Source of the DNA: Alphaproteobacteria bacterium
GTDB lineage: Bacteria > Pseudomonadota > Alphaproteobacteria > SHVV01
DNA: 64,000 nt
Direction of reading: 5' to 3'
Assembly: GCA_965261735.1 (NCBI GenBank)
Contig: OZ253470.1
Span: 4,576,001 to 4,640,000 of the forward strand
Within the stretch, counting starts at the first letter, position 1. Every line of letters starts with the position of its first letter. The notes beneath the pieces were generated by a model. The model searched no databases, was not told where the DNA came from, and saw nothing but the letters and a program-made list of their open reading frames with translations. Shown piece after piece: positions 31,599 to 42,925 of the stretch. The translations under genes were made by a program, and so were the position numbers.

Positions 31599-32419
31599 CG
31601 GCTGACGCGCGTGCGGCCGCGGCGGTCCTTGCGGCCCGAACGCCAGGCTTTACGCCAAGGGTAGGATTGATCCTCGGTTCCGGTCTCGGCGGGCTCGCGG
31701 ATCAGGTCGATCCCGAGGCGAGCATTGCCTACGCCGATCTGCCGGGTTTCCCGCGCACCAGCGTCGAGGGCCACCTCGGCCGCCTGGTCGCAGGAACGCT
31801 CGGTGGTTGCGTGATCGTCTGTTTGCAGGGCCGGGCCCACGGCTATGAGGGTGACGGATCGGCCATGCTGACACCGGTGCGCGCGCTACGCTCGGCCGGC
31901 TGCGAAATCCTCCTCGTGACCAATGCCGCGGGCTGCCTCGTCAGCGACTGGGAACTTCCGAGCCTGATGCTAATCACGGACCACATCAATCATTCGCTCG
32001 GCAACCCTCTCGTCGGCGCCAACGACGACGACTTCGGGCCGCGCTTTACGGACATGAGCGGGGCGTACGATCCGGAGTTGCGCGAGCGCCTTGCGCACGC
32101 GGCCGACCAACTCTCGATCCCGCTGCACGGAGGCATCTATGTCGGATGCCTGGGGCCCCATTTCGAAACCCCGGCCGAGATTCGCGGCTTCCGCACGCTG
32201 GGCGCCGACGCGGTCGGCATGTCGACGGTCCCAGAGGTGCTGATCGCACGCCACTGCGGGTTGCGCGTCGCGGCACTATCGATCCTGACCAACCAGGCCG
32301 CCGGAATGGGAACGGCGCCGATCAGCCACGACGAAACATTGCAAGCCGCTGAGCGGGCGGCGAGCGACCTCTCGCGCCTGATCGTTGGCTTTCTCGATGG
32401 GCTTTCGCGCTCGCCCTGA
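31595..32419 (+). CDS. purine-nucleoside phosphorylase (PunA/XapA type)
   Basis: ILGSGLG, GRAHGYEG, GPHFETPAE and VGMSTVPE. Confidence 0.95.
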   Translation: MTADARAAAAVLAARTPGFTPRVGLILGSGLGGLADQVDPEASIAYADLPGFPRTSVEGHLGRLVAGTLGGCVIVCLQGRAHGYEGDGSAMLTPVRALRSAGCEILLVTNAAGCLVSDWELPSLMLITDHINHSLGNPLVGANDDDFGPRFTDMSGAYDPELRERLAHAADQLSIPLHGGIYVGCLGPHFETPAEIRGFRTLGADAVGMSTVPEVLIARHCGLRVAALSILTNQAAGMGTAPISHDETLQAAERAASDLSRLIVGFLDGLSRSP

Positions 32420-32495
32420 TCGGCAATCTCGAGCACACTGCCCGCATGGAATTGCAAGGCTGTGGCATGTCGCTTCGCCGCCCCGGCGGGCGACA

Positions 32496-33515
32496 ATGAG
32501 CGACACCAACATGTCCGGCAATGTGAGATCCGGTCCCTGGGACGGGACGGAGAAGCACGCCGAAACGGCGCGCCGCAATCCGGGAACCGCGCTGCAGCCG
32601 GACTGGCTCGAGGAGGTTCGGGCCAACCGCAGTGCCGTGGAACGCCGAGCCGCCACGCTGACGACCCGCCGTAGCATCAAGAAGGAGTGGCAGGCCGCCT
32701 GGCTCCTCAAGGCGATTACGACGATCGATCTCACCACGTTGGCCGGCGACGACACGCCCGCCAAGGTTCAGCGCCTGTGCGCTAAGGCCCGGCAGCCGGT
32801 GCGGCGCGATCTACTCGCTGGGCTCGGGATGGAGGAGCGGCCGCTGACCGTCGGGGCGGTCTGCGTCTACCACACGATGCTGGATGCGGCGCTTTCCAGC
32901 CTCGATGGTAGCGGCATCCCCGTGGCGGTCGTTTCCGCGGGCTTTCCCGCCGGCCTGTCACCTCTTGCGGAGCGGGTGCGCGAGGTCGAGGCTTCGGTGG
33001 CGGCGGGCGCGGACGAGATCGACATCGTCATCAACCGGGGCCACGTGCTGACCGGCAACTGGCAGGCGCTCTATGACGAGGTGCGCGCGTTCCGCGAGGC
33101 CTGTGCGGTGGCCCACCTGAAAACCATCATTGGCACCGGCGATCTCGCGATCCTGCGCAACGTGGCCCGAGCGAGCCTGGTCTGCATGATGGCCGGCGCC
33201 GACTTCATCAAGACCTCCACCGGCAAGGAGCCCGTCAACGCGACTCTGCCCGTGAGCCTCGTGATGGTGCGAACGATCCGCGACTACGCAGAACGCACCG
33301 GCTTTCGGGTCGGCTTCAAGGCCGCCGGCGGTATCAACACCGCCAAGGGGGCGCTCGGCTACCTTACCCTGATGAAGGAGGAGCTCGGGCGCCCATGGCT
33401 CGAGCCGACCCTGTTCCGCCTCGGCGCCTCCAGCCTGCTGGCGGACATCGAGCGCCAGCTCGAATACCACGTGACCGGGCGCTACTCGGCCTTCAATCGA
33501 CATCCCACGGCTTAG
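32496..33515 (+). CDS. deoC: deoxyribose-phosphate aldolase
   Basis: IDLTTL, GFPAG, EIDIVI, FIKTSTGK and FKAAGGI; start is ATG 32496 or a nearby downstream ATG. Confidence 0.95.
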   Translation: MSDTNMSGNVRSGPWDGTEKHAETARRNPGTALQPDWLEEVRANRSAVERRAATLTTRRSIKKEWQAAWLLKAITTIDLTTLAGDDTPAKVQRLCAKARQPVRRDLLAGLGMEERPLTVGAVCVYHTMLDAALSSLDGSGIPVAVVSAGFPAGLSPLAERVREVEASVAAGADEIDIVINRGHVLTGNWQALYDEVRAFREACAVAHLKTIIGTGDLAILRNVARASLVCMMAGADFIKTSTGKEPVNATLPVSLVMVRTIRDYAERTGFRVGFKAAGGINTAKGALGYLTLMKEELGRPWLEPTLFRLGASSLLADIERQLEYHVTGRYSAFNRHPTA

Positions 33516-33518
33516 CCC

Positions 33519-35915
33519 ATGAGCACGATCGCGGAAATCTTCGACTCGATGGACTACGGGCCGGCGCACGAAAGCGCGGACCTGGCCAAAGCCTGGCTCG
33601 AGGAGCGCGGCGGAAGGGTGTCGCTGTTCATCGGCAACGAGTGGGCGGCGCCCAAGACGGGCGTCTTCTTCGATAGCGTCAACCCGGCGACCGGAAAGCC
33701 GATCGGGCAGGTCCCACAAGCCGGTCCGGAGGACGTGGAGGCGGCGGTCGCCGCGGGCCGCGCGGCGCAGCCCGGCTGGGCCGGCCTCGGCGGCCATGGT
33801 CGCGCCCGCTTCCTCTACGGGCTCGCTCGCCTGGTCCAGAAGCACGCTCGGCTGCTCGCCGTGCTCGAGACCATGGACAACGGCAAGCCGATCCGCGAAA
33901 CCCGCGATATCGACATTCCGCTGGTTGCCCGCCACTTCTACCACCACGCCGGTTGGGCCGAGCTGTTCGAGAGCGAGTTCGCGGACTACGAGCCGGGCGG
34001 GGTCGTTGGCCAGATAATCCCGTGGAACTTCCCGCTTCTGATGCTGGCCTGGAAGATCGCGCCGGCGCTTGCCGCGGGCAACACGGTCGTGCTCAAGCCG
34101 GCGGAATTCACGAGCCTGACCGCGATCCTTTTCGCCGAGCTCTGCCTCGAAGCCGGTCTGCCGGCGGGGGTCGTCAACATCGTCACCGGCGACGGGCGCA
34201 CGGGCGAGGCCATCGTGCGCCATCACGACATCGACAAGATCGCGTTCACCGGATCGACCGACGTCGGGCGTTTGATCCGCGATACGACCGCCGGCACGGG
34301 CAAGGCGCTCACGCTCGAACTCGGCGGCAAGTCACCCTTCGTGGTGTTCGACGACGCCGACATCGACAGCGCGGTGGAGGGCGCGGTGGATGCGATCTGG
34401 TTCAATCAGGGCCAGGTGTGCTGCGCCGGCTCCCGCCTCCTGGTCCAGGAAAGCGTCGCCGATACGGTGTTCGCCAAGTTGAAGGCGCGCATGGAGACGC
34501 TGCGCATCGGCGATCCCCTCGACAAGGCGATCGACATCGGCGCCATCGTTGCGCCAGTGCAGCTCGAGAAGATCGAACGCCTGGTCGCACAGGGCGTGGA
34601 GGAGGGCGCGGCAGTTTGGCAGCCGAGCTGGACCTGCCCCAAGGACGGTTACTTCTATCCGCCGACGTTGCTCACCGATGTGTCACCGGCCGCCACCGTC
34701 GCCCAGGAGGAGATCTTCGGGCCGGTACTGACCGCAATGCCGTTCCGCACGCCCGCCGATGCCGTCACGCTCGCCAACAACACGCGCTACGGGCTTGCGG
34801 CCAGCGTCTGGACCGAGAATATCAATCTCGCCCTAGACATTGCGCCGCAGCTCAAATGCGGCGTGGTCTGGGTCAACTCGACCAACCTCTTCGACGGCGC
34901 CTCGGGTTTCGGCGGCTACCGCGAATCGGGCTTTGGGCGCGAGGGCGGACGTGAGGGGATGTACGCCTACGTGAGGCCGCGCTTCGAGCGCAGCCTGAGC
35001 CCGTACGAAGCGGACAGCTCTCGTCTTCCCGCTCCGGCACCGACAGCCAGATCTGCGGTCGCCGCCGCATCGGCAATCGACCGTACCGCCAAGATGTATA
35101 TCGGCGGCACACAGAAGCGTCCCGATTCAGGCTACAGCCGCCCGGTGAGCGGCCCCGATGGAGCTTTCATCGCGGACGTTGGCGATGGCAACCGCAAGGA
35201 CATCCGCGACGCGGTCGAGGCGGCGCGCGGGGCGGAGGCATGGTCCCGCGCCAGCGCCCACAACCGCGCACAGATCCTCTATTACATCGCCGAGAACCTG
35301 GAGGCCCGGGCGGCCGAGTTCTGCGACCGCATCCGCGTGCAGACTGGGGCGAAACGGGCCGCGGCGATGAAGGAGGTGGGCGCTACCATCCGACGCCTGT
35401 TCCACTATGCCGCGTGGGCCGACAAATACGACGGCGCGGTCCATTCGCCGCCGCAACGCAACGTGACGGTCGCGATGAATGAAGCCGTCGGTATTGTCGG
35501 CATCCTGTGTCCGAGCGAAGCGCCGCTGCTCGGTTTCGTCTCGCTTGTCGCGCCAGCGGTGGCGATGGGCAACCGTGTGATCGCCGTACCCTCGGAGTGG
35601 CATCCGTTATCGGCAGCCGACTTCTATCAGGTACTTGATACTTCGGACGTGCCGGGCGGCGTCCTCAACATCGTCACCGGCGCGCGCGAGCCGCTGGCCG
35701 AGGTGCTAGCGGCGCACGACGAAGTCGACGCGGTATGGTACGTCGGCCCGATCGACGGGTGCGCCGCGGTCGAGCGCCTGTCCGCCGGCAACATGAAGCA
35801 AACCTGGACGATCGCCCGCCGCCGCAACTGGTTCGATGCGGCACACGGCGAGGGGCGTGAGTTCCTGGGCCACGCGACCCAGGTCAAGAACATCTGGGTG
35901 CCCTACGGCGAATAG
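33519..35915 (+). CDS. two-domain aldehyde dehydrogenase (ALDH16-like)
   Basis: Full ALDH domain (PWNFP, FTGST, ELGGK, GQVCCAG, EEIFGP) followed by a second partial ALDH domain with no catalytic segment; 798 aa. Confidence 0.93.
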   Translation: MSTIAEIFDSMDYGPAHESADLAKAWLEERGGRVSLFIGNEWAAPKTGVFFDSVNPATGKPIGQVPQAGPEDVEAAVAAGRAAQPGWAGLGGHGRARFLYGLARLVQKHARLLAVLETMDNGKPIRETRDIDIPLVARHFYHHAGWAELFESEFADYEPGGVVGQIIPWNFPLLMLAWKIAPALAAGNTVVLKPAEFTSLTAILFAELCLEAGLPAGVVNIVTGDGRTGEAIVRHHDIDKIAFTGSTDVGRLIRDTTAGTGKALTLELGGKSPFVVFDDADIDSAVEGAVDAIWFNQGQVCCAGSRLLVQESVADTVFAKLKARMETLRIGDPLDKAIDIGAIVAPVQLEKIERLVAQGVEEGAAVWQPSWTCPKDGYFYPPTLLTDVSPAATVAQEEIFGPVLTAMPFRTPADAVTLANNTRYGLAASVWTENINLALDIAPQLKCGVVWVNSTNLFDGASGFGGYRESGFGREGGREGMYAYVRPRFERSLSPYEADSSRLPAPAPTARSAVAAASAIDRTAKMYIGGTQKRPDSGYSRPVSGPDGAFIADVGDGNRKDIRDAVEAARGAEAWSRASAHNRAQILYYIAENLEARAAEFCDRIRVQTGAKRAAAMKEVGATIRRLFHYAAWADKYDGAVHSPPQRNVTVAMNEAVGIVGILCPSEAPLLGFVSLVAPAVAMGNRVIAVPSEWHPLSAADFYQVLDTSDVPGGVLNIVTGAREPLAEVLAAHDEVDAVWYVGPIDGCAAVERLSAGNMKQTWTIARRRNWFDAAHGEGREFLGHATQVKNIWVPYGE

Positions 35916-35929
35916 CGCGGCGCTACCCC

Positions 35930-37264
35930 ATGGCCGAGTTCTTTGCGCAGGAAATCATCCGCAGGAAGCGCGACGGGCATGAGCTGAGCGGCGCCGAGAT
36001 CGCTTTCATGGCGCGCGGTATCGCCGACGGCTCGGTCGGTGAGGGCCAGGTCGCCGCCTTCGCCATGGCGGTGTACTTCCAAGGCATGTCGATGGCCGAG
36101 CGCGTGGCGCTCACGCTAGCCATGCGCGACACCGGCACCGTCGTCGATTGGCAGGACACCGCTCTGCCGGGTCCTGCGCTCGACAAACACTCGACCGGTG
36201 GCGTCGGCGATAAGGTGAGCCTGATCCTCGCGCCGGTCGTTGCCGCGTGCGGTGGATCGGTGCCGATGATCTCGGGCCGCGGCCTCGGCCACACCGGCGG
36301 CACGCTCGACAAGCTCGACGCGATCCCGGGGTACGATTCACAGCCGACGCTCGTCCGTTTCAAACAGGTCGTGGCCGAGACCGGCTGCGCGATCATTGGC
36401 CAAACCGGCGATCTCGCGCCCGCGGACGGCCGCCTCTACGCGATCCGCGATGTCACCGCGACCGTCGAATCAATCCCGCTGATCACCGCCTCAATTCTCG
36501 CCAAGAAGCTCGCCGCCGGGCTCGAGGCGCTGGTCATGGATGTGAAGACCGGCAGCGGCGCGTTCGCCGCCGAAGAGGAGACCGCCGTGACGCTCGCCGA
36601 GAGCATCTCAGCCGTGGCCGGGGGCGCCGGGTTACCCTGTGTGGCACTGATCACCGATATGGGCCAGGTGCTGGGTCGTAGTGCCGGCAATGCTCTCGAG
36701 GTGTGCGAAGCCATCGACCACCTGACGGGCGCGGCGCGCGATCCGCGCCTGGCTGAGGTCGTCGCGGCGCTCAGCGCCGAGCTCTTGGTGATGGGCGGAT
36801 TGGCGGAGGATGCGCTTGCGGCGCGGGCCCGGGTCGAGGATGCGATCGCGACGGGCATGGCCGCGGAACGCTTCGCTCGCATGGTGAGTACGCTCGGCGG
36901 CCCGAGCGACCTCGTCGATAAGCCCGACCTGCATCTGCCGCGAGCGCCCGTCGAGAGGGTACTTTCGCCCGACCACGACGGTATCGTAGCCGCGATCGAC
37001 ACGCGCGCCCTCGGCCTCGCCGTCATCGCGCTCGGCGGCGGGAGACGGCGCGCAGAGGACACCATCGACCCGGCGGTAGGTCTTTCCGAGGTGGCGGGAA
37101 TAGGCGAGCCGGTCGGTCGCGACGCGCCGATATGCCGGGTCCATGCGCGCCGCGAGTCGGATGCAGAAAACGTCCGTGGCGCTATACTCGCGGCCGTCAC
37201 CATCGGCGATGCCGCGCCCGAGATCCGCCCGGTCGTGCGCCGCCGCATCGAGCCCAACCGATGA
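35930..37264 (+). CDS. deoA: thymidine phosphorylase
   Basis: [26 protein letters not shown] and DVKTGSGAF. Confidence 0.96.
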   Translation: MAEFFAQEIIRRKRDGHELSGAEIAFMARGIADGSVGEGQVAAFAMAVYFQGMSMAERVALTLAMRDTGTVVDWQDTALPGPALDKHSTGGVGDKVSLILAPVVAACGGSVPMISGRGLGHTGGTLDKLDAIPGYDSQPTLVRFKQVVAETGCAIIGQTGDLAPADGRLYAIRDVTATVESIPLITASILAKKLAAGLEALVMDVKTGSGAFAAEEETAVTLAESISAVAGGAGLPCVALITDMGQVLGRSAGNALEVCEAIDHLTGAARDPRLAEVVAALSAELLVMGGLAEDALAARARVEDAIATGMAAERFARMVSTLGGPSDLVDKPDLHLPRAPVERVLSPDHDGIVAAIDTRALGLAVIALGGGRRRAEDTIDPAVGLSEVAGIGEPVGRDAPICRVHARRESDAENVRGAILAAVTIGDAAPEIRPVVRRRIEPNR

Positions 37265-38274
37265 TCCCGAAGGCCGAGCTCCACGTCCACCTCGAAGGCA
37301 CCGCCTCGCCCGACACGGTGCGCCGGTTGGCGGCGCGCAACAGGATCGACCTGCCGGACGGCCTGTTCGATGGCGAGGGTGCGTTCGCGTGGACCGACTT
37401 CATGCAGTTCCTGGACGCCTACGATGCCGCATCGCAGGTCATCGTAACGCCCGAGGACTATCGCGACGTCACGTACGAGTACCTCGCCGCCTGCGCCGCC
37501 GAGGGCGCCATCTATGTTGAGGTGATGTCATCGCCGGACCACGCGATGGCGGCCGGCATGTCCTATCGCGACCATCTCGAGGGGACTGTCGCGGGAATAG
37601 AAGACGCGCGCGCCGATCACGACATCGAGGGCCGCCTTATCGTCACCTGTGTCCGCCATGTCGGCGTCGAGCGGGCGATGGAGGTGGCGCGCCAGGTCGT
37701 CGCCAACCCGCATCCCTTGATGGTCGGGTTCGGCATGGGCGGCGACGAGGCGGCATGGCCGCCGGCGCAGTTCGCCGACGTATTCCACTATGTCACCGCG
37801 GCCGGGCTGCCTTGCACGGTTCATGCCGGCGAATGGGCCGGTCCCGAGGGCATCCGCGAAGCGTTGGCGACGCTGCCGGTGCGACGCCTCGGCCACGGGG
37901 TGCGCGCGTGGGAGGATGCCGAGCTGGTCGCCGAGATCGTCGAGCGTGAGGTCACGCTCGAGCTCTGTCCCGGCAGCAACGTTGCCACCGGCCTCTACCT
38001 CTCACACGCGGACCACCCTCTACCGGCGCTCCATGCGGCCGGGGTCAGGACGACGCTCAACTCCGATGATCCGCCCTATTTCGCGACCTCCCTCGGCCGC
38101 GAGTACGACGCGGCGGCCAGCGAGATGGGATTGGGCGAGGACGACCTCCGCGCCATCACGCGCAATGCCATCGAAGCCGCGTTCGTCGATCCCGACACCA
38201 AGCGCCAGCTTCTCGATCGCCTCGACCGAGACGGGGTCCCGCCAACCGGCGACCAGGGCTCCGGCAACCCATGA
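37261..38274 (+). CDS. add: adenosine/adenine deaminase
   Basis: [27 protein letters not shown] and NSDDP. Confidence 0.93.
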   Translation: MIPKAELHVHLEGTASPDTVRRLAARNRIDLPDGLFDGEGAFAWTDFMQFLDAYDAASQVIVTPEDYRDVTYEYLAACAAEGAIYVEVMSSPDHAMAAGMSYRDHLEGTVAGIEDARADHDIEGRLIVTCVRHVGVERAMEVARQVVANPHPLMVGFGMGGDEAAWPPAQFADVFHYVTAAGLPCTVHAGEWAGPEGIREALATLPVRRLGHGVRAWEDAELVAEIVEREVTLELCPGSNVATGLYLSHADHPLPALHAAGVRTTLNSDDPPYFATSLGREYDAAASEMGLGEDDLRAITRNAIEAAFVDPDTKRQLLDRLDRDGVPPTGDQGSGNP

Positions 38275-38948
38275 CCCGCATCAAGATCTGCTGCATCAGC
38301 AACGTCGCCGAGGCGCAGCTCGCCATCAGGCACGGCGCCCACGCGCTGGGATTGGTCTCCGCGATGCCGAGCGGGCCCGGCGTTATACCGGAATCGCCGA
38401 TCGCCGATATCGTCGCCCTCGTGCCGCCGCCCGTGGCGACGTTTCTGCTGACGAGCCATCAGGACATCGACCTGATCATCGCCCAACAGCGCCGCTGCAA
38501 GGTCAACACGCTGCAACTCGTCGACGCGCTGCCGCCAGGCAGCCACGCCAAGCTGCGCCGCGCGTTGCCCGGTGTCGGCCTCGTTCAGGTCATTCACGTC
38601 AACGGCGAGAGCACCATCGCCCAGGCCGCCGACGTGGCACCCTCGGTCGACGCCCTACTGCTCGATTCGGGGAACCCTAGTCTCGCCGTCAAGGAGCTGG
38701 GCGGTACCGGCCGCGCCCACAACTGGGACATCAGCCGCCGCCTGGTGGCCGAGGTCCCGGTCCCCGTCTTTCTTGCTGGAGGTCTGCGCGCCGGAAACGT
38801 AGCCGAGGCGTTGAACACGGTCGCCCCGTTCGGCGTCGATGTCTGCACCGGCGTGCGCACGGATGGCGCGCTCGACGACGCCAAGCTATCGGCGTTCGTC
38901 GAGGCCGCCGGTTCGTGGCGCCGCCCCGAGCGCCCGATCACTCCTTGA
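38271..38948 (+). CDS. trpF: phosphoribosylanthranilate isomerase-like protein (TrpF family)
   Basis: RIKICCI, LLLDS, GGTGRAHNW, LAGGL and GVDVCTGV; ATGA overlap with add. Confidence 0.8.
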   Translation: MTRIKICCISNVAEAQLAIRHGAHALGLVSAMPSGPGVIPESPIADIVALVPPPVATFLLTSHQDIDLIIAQQRRCKVNTLQLVDALPPGSHAKLRRALPGVGLVQVIHVNGESTIAQAADVAPSVDALLLDSGNPSLAVKELGGTGRAHNWDISRRLVAEVPVPVFLAGGLRAGNVAEALNTVAPFGVDVCTGVRTDGALDDAKLSAFVEAAGSWRRPERPITP

Positions 38949-40194
38949 TGTAGGGCCTGCCGTCGGCGGCGGGCGGTCTGGCGCGGCCGATCAGGCCGGC
39001 AACGACGACGATCGTCACGACGTAGGGCGCCATGGCGAGGAATTCGGACGGGATGGGCGTCTGAATGATCGCCATCTTCTGCTGCAGCGTATCGGCGAAT
39101 CCGAAAACCAACGCCGCCGCGAGCACGCCGATCGGATGCCAACGGCCGAAGATCATGGCCGCCAATCCGATAAAGCCTCGGCCCGCGGTCATATTCTCAT
39201 CGAAGCGGCCGACGAAGCCGAGCGTGAACCAAGCGCCACCAAAGCCCGCGACCATGCCGCCCAACGTCACGTTGATGTAGCGCATCGTATAGACGTTGAT
39301 GCCGAGCGTGTCGGCCGCCCTCGGGTGCTCGCCCACGGCGCGCGCCCGCAGGCCGGTGCGCGTGTGGAATAGGTAGTAGGTAGTGATGGCGACGAGGACG
39401 AACGCTCCGTAAACGAAAAGGTTCTGCTGAAAGAAGATCGGCCCGATGACGGGAATGTCGCTGAGGCCGGGGATGCGAATGGCGCGGAAGATGGGTGCGT
39501 CATTGAGGTGCCGGTTCGCGCTTAATATTTGGCTCGTCAAATACGAGGTGAGACCCAGGACGAAGATGTTGATGGCAATACCGGCAACGATCTGATCGAC
39601 CCGGTAGGTCACCACCAGAACGGCCAGGAGTAGACCGAACAAGCCGCCGACGGCGACGGCGCTGGCCAATCCAATCCAGCTCCCGAACAGGGAGCCGGCG
39701 ACGGCGCCGGCAAAGGCGCCCGAGAGCAACATGCCTTCGATGGCGATGTTGATGACGGCAACGCGCTCGGATAGCACGCCCGCAAGTCCCCCGAGCGCGA
39801 TCGGTAGCGCTCGCACCACCGTCGACTGGAGCATGCCCGTGAGCGAGAAAGATTTGCCCGCCGTCGCCCAGGTAAGGAACGCGGTGACAAAGAGAATAAG
39901 CGCGATCCCGAGGACCAGATTGAGCCGCCGGGCATCGCCGCGGACCAGTTGCCGTACACCGAGAAAGGCCAGCGCGGCGGCGACGAAAAAGGCATAGGGG
40001 GAAGCGGCAAGGACGATGCTGCCGATGACGATCGCGTCGCCCGGTCGGCTCAACCGGAAGGTCGCGACGCCCGAGCTTCCGATCCCGAAGATGGCGGCGA
40101 CAAACACCGCCATGAGCAGCAGGATGCCGCCGATGATGAGCGACTGACGGCGTTGGCCGATGTCGAGGATCTCGGTCCTGGCTTCACCGAACAT
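38938..40194 (-). CDS. nucleoside ABC transporter permease
   Basis: SERVAVINIAIEG, GLRARAVGEHP and GRGFIGLAAMIFG. Confidence 0.92.
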   Translation of the reverse strand: MFGEARTEILDIGQRRQSLIIGGILLLMAVFVAAIFGIGSSGVATFRLSRPGDAIVIGSIVLAASPYAFFVAAALAFLGVRQLVRGDARRLNLVLGIALILFVTAFLTWATAGKSFSLTGMLQSTVVRALPIALGGLAGVLSERVAVINIAIEGMLLSGAFAGAVAGSLFGSWIGLASAVAVGGLFGLLLAVLVVTYRVDQIVAGIAINIFVLGLTSYLTSQILSANRHLNDAPIFRAIRIPGLSDIPVIGPIFFQQNLFVYGAFVLVAITTYYLFHTRTGLRARAVGEHPRAADTLGINVYTMRYINVTLGGMVAGFGGAWFTLGFVGRFDENMTAGRGFIGLAAMIFGRWHPIGVLAAALVFGFADTLQQKMAIIQTPIPSEFLAMAPYVVTIVVVAGLIGRARPPAADGRPYIKE

Positions 40195-40209
40195 GCGGCG
40201 TCAGAACCT

Positions 40210-41337
40210 CTACGATTCCCGGCGCCGACCGCGAAGCAGGAACGGATAGAGTTGCCGGACCAGCAGCGGTGCCGCGACGAAGATGACGATCAGCGCCTGA
40301 ATGACTGTGATGAGATCGATGCTTACGCCGGCCTGCACCTGCATCTGGCGCCCGCCGGCCTCCAGCGCTCCGAACAGGAGCCCCGCCAGCAGCACGCCGA
40401 CCGGGTGAGAGCGGCCCAGCAGGGCGACGGCGATCGCCTCGAAGCCGAGGCCGGCGGAGAAGCCCGGCGAGGCACGCCCGAGCACGCCGAGCACCTGCGT
40501 GGCGCCGGCGAGCCCGGCGAGGGCACCGCCTGCAGCCATTGCGGCCACGATCGTGCGGCCTATCCGGACGCCCGCATAGCGGGCCGTATCGGGGCTCGCG
40601 CCCGCGGCCCGGAACTCGAAGCCTATCGTGCTTCGAAACATGAACCAGGCGACGACCACCGTCATGAGCAGGGCCAAGAGGATTCCTGCATTCACCCGGT
40701 AGGTGGCGCCGAGCCAATCCAACAGGCCCGGGAGCGAGGCCGAATCCAGGACCGATTTGGAAATCGGATCGTTGCGCCCGGGCTTCTGAATCGGTGGATT
40801 GCGTAACAGATAATCGACAAGCCGCAGGGCGATGAAATTGAGCATGATCGTCGTGATGACTTCATGCGCGCCGGTGCTGGCCCGCAGCCACCCGGCGATC
40901 GATCCCCACAGGGCCCCGGCCGCGGCGCCGGCGACGAGTGCCAGCGGCAGATGAACGAGGAGGGGCAGGCCGGTAAGCGAGAAGCCGATGACGAGGGATG
41001 CCATGCCGCCCATGAGAAGTTGGCCCTCGGCGCCTATGTTGAACAAGCCGGCACGGAAGCCGATCGCGACGCCCAGGCCGGCTAGGATCAACGGCGCGGC
41101 GGCCGTGAGGGTCTCGGAAACGGCGTTCGCCGACCCGACCGACCCGTCCAGGAGGGCGACAAAGGACCGACCGATGGTCGCGATATCGATACCCGTCGCC
41201 AGCATGATGACTGCGCCCGCCGCGAGGGCGGTGATGACCGCCGCGGCCGGCAGCACAAGCACGGTGCGCACATCTATGCGGGTGGCATCGGCCCGCAACA
41301 GGTCGGCCGCGGTGGTCCCGCCGGACCGGGTACTCAT
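40210..41337 (-). CDS. nucleoside ABC transporter permease
   Basis: FNIGAEGQ, HEVITTIMLN and GFEAIAVALLG. Confidence 0.92.
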   Translation of the reverse strand: MSTRSGGTTAADLLRADATRIDVRTVLVLPAAAVITALAAGAVIMLATGIDIATIGRSFVALLDGSVGSANAVSETLTAAAPLILAGLGVAIGFRAGLFNIGAEGQLLMGGMASLVIGFSLTGLPLLVHLPLALVAGAAAGALWGSIAGWLRASTGAHEVITTIMLNFIALRLVDYLLRNPPIQKPGRNDPISKSVLDSASLPGLLDWLGATYRVNAGILLALLMTVVVAWFMFRSTIGFEFRAAGASPDTARYAGVRIGRTIVAAMAAGGALAGLAGATQVLGVLGRASPGFSAGLGFEAIAVALLGRSHPVGVLLAGLLFGALEAGGRQMQVQAGVSIDLITVIQALIVIFVAAPLLVRQLYPFLLRGRRRES

Positions 41338-42839
41338 CCGGTGGCCCCGGCCATGGCCAGCCCGATACGCCCGACATCGGCCTCGGCGCCGTCAAATTCG
41401 GCCGAGATGCGACCGCGATACATGACGAGAATGCGGTCGGCGAGCGCCAGAATCTCGTCCAGCTCCGTCGACACGATGAGAACCCCGACTCCCGCATCGC
41501 GCGCGGCCACGATCCGCTGGTGGATGTACTCGATCGACCCGACGTCGATGCCGCGGGTCGGCTGTGCGGCAACGATGAGGCGAATGTCGCGCGAGAACTC
41601 GCGGGCGACTACGAGCTTCTGCTGGTTGCCGCCGGACAGAAACTGCGTCGGTGTAAAGACCGACGGCGTGCGCACGTCGAAGTCTGCCGCCATCTGTGCC
41701 GCCGTCTCGTTGACGTCGTTCCAGCGCAGCCGGACGCCGCTCGAGTAGCGCGGCTCATAATAGGCATCCAGCGCCATGTTCTCGGCGACGATGAACTCGG
41801 CGATAACGCCGGAGCGTTGGCGATCCTCGGGCACGTGCGCCATGCCGATCTGGTGGTGCCGCCGGGGCGAGGTTTGGGTGACATCGATCCCCATCAAATC
41901 GATGCGGCCCGAGGCGACCGGTCGCAATCCGGCAATCGCCTCGACCAGCTCCGTTTGGCCGTTCCCCTGCACGCCAGCGATGCTGACGATCTCGCCCGCG
42001 CGCACCCGCAGATCGATGTCGTCCACCGCAGCGTCACCGTGCTCGCCGAGTACCCGCAGGCTGCGGACGTCGAGCATCACATCTCCCGGCTCGCGCGCCC
42101 GCTTGTCCACGGCCAGCACCACCGGGCGCCCGACCATCATCTCCGCCAGCGCGACTTCGCTCAGCTCGCTTACGTCGCCCTTGTCGACGACGGTGCCGGC
42201 GCGAAGGATCTCGATGCGGTCGGCGACGTCGATCACCTCGCGAAGCTTATGCGTAATGAAGACGATGGCCTTTCCCGCGTCGCGCAGCGCACGAATGACC
42301 TCGAAGAACTCGGTCACATCCTGTGGAGTGAGGACCGCCGTGGGCTCGTCGAAGATAAGCACCTCGGCCGCCCGGAAGAGGACTTTGAGGATCTCGACCC
42401 GCTGCTGGAGTCCCACCGGAAGGTTCTCTACGACCGCGTCGGGATCGACCTCGAGTCCGTAGCGCTGGCTGATGGAGCGAACCTGCTCCCGGGCTTGACG
42501 GATGTTCAGTGAATCGAGCGGCCCGGTGGGTTCGACGCCGAGAACGACGTTCTCCGCGACGGTGAACACCGGCACCAGCATGAAGTGCTGGTGGACCATG
42601 CCGATGCCAGCGGCGATGGCGTCGCCGGGGCTGTCGAAGAAGACCGGCTTACCGTCGACCAGGATGTCTCCCGAGTCCGGCCTGTAGAGACCGTACAGGA
42701 TGTTCATCAGGGTCGTCTTGCCGGCCCCGTTCTCGCCCAGCAGGCCGAGAATCTCGCCGGGCCGGATGGCGAGGCTCACGGAGTCGTTCGCGACCGTCTC
42801 ACCGAATTGCTTGGTGATAGCGCGGAGTTCGACGTCCAT
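41334..42839 (-). CDS. nucleoside ABC transporter ATP-binding protein (two NBDs)
   Basis: GENGAGKTT, MVHQHF, GVQGNGQ, LSGGNQQK and QPTRGID. Confidence 0.95.
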   Translation of the reverse strand: MDVELRAITKQFGETVANDSVSLAIRPGEILGLLGENGAGKTTLMNILYGLYRPDSGDILVDGKPVFFDSPGDAIAAGIGMVHQHFMLVPVFTVAENVVLGVEPTGPLDSLNIRQAREQVRSISQRYGLEVDPDAVVENLPVGLQQRVEILKVLFRAAEVLIFDEPTAVLTPQDVTEFFEVIRALRDAGKAIVFITHKLREVIDVADRIEILRAGTVVDKGDVSELSEVALAEMMVGRPVVLAVDKRAREPGDVMLDVRSLRVLGEHGDAAVDDIDLRVRAGEIVSIAGVQGNGQTELVEAIAGLRPVASGRIDLMGIDVTQTSPRRHHQIGMAHVPEDRQRSGVIAEFIVAENMALDAYYEPRYSSGVRLRWNDVNETAAQMAADFDVRTPSVFTPTQFLSGGNQQKLVVAREFSRDIRLIVAAQPTRGIDVGSIEYIHQRIVAARDAGVGVLIVSTELDEILALADRILVMYRGRISAEFDGAEADVGRIGLAMAGATG

Positions 42840-42925
42840 GATCCGGCCCCCTCCCCGCCGCGCAAGCGAAGCAGGACCCGACCGGGCCCTGCCTCAACGA
42901 CGCGATCACCTCAAAGGCGAGCGGG

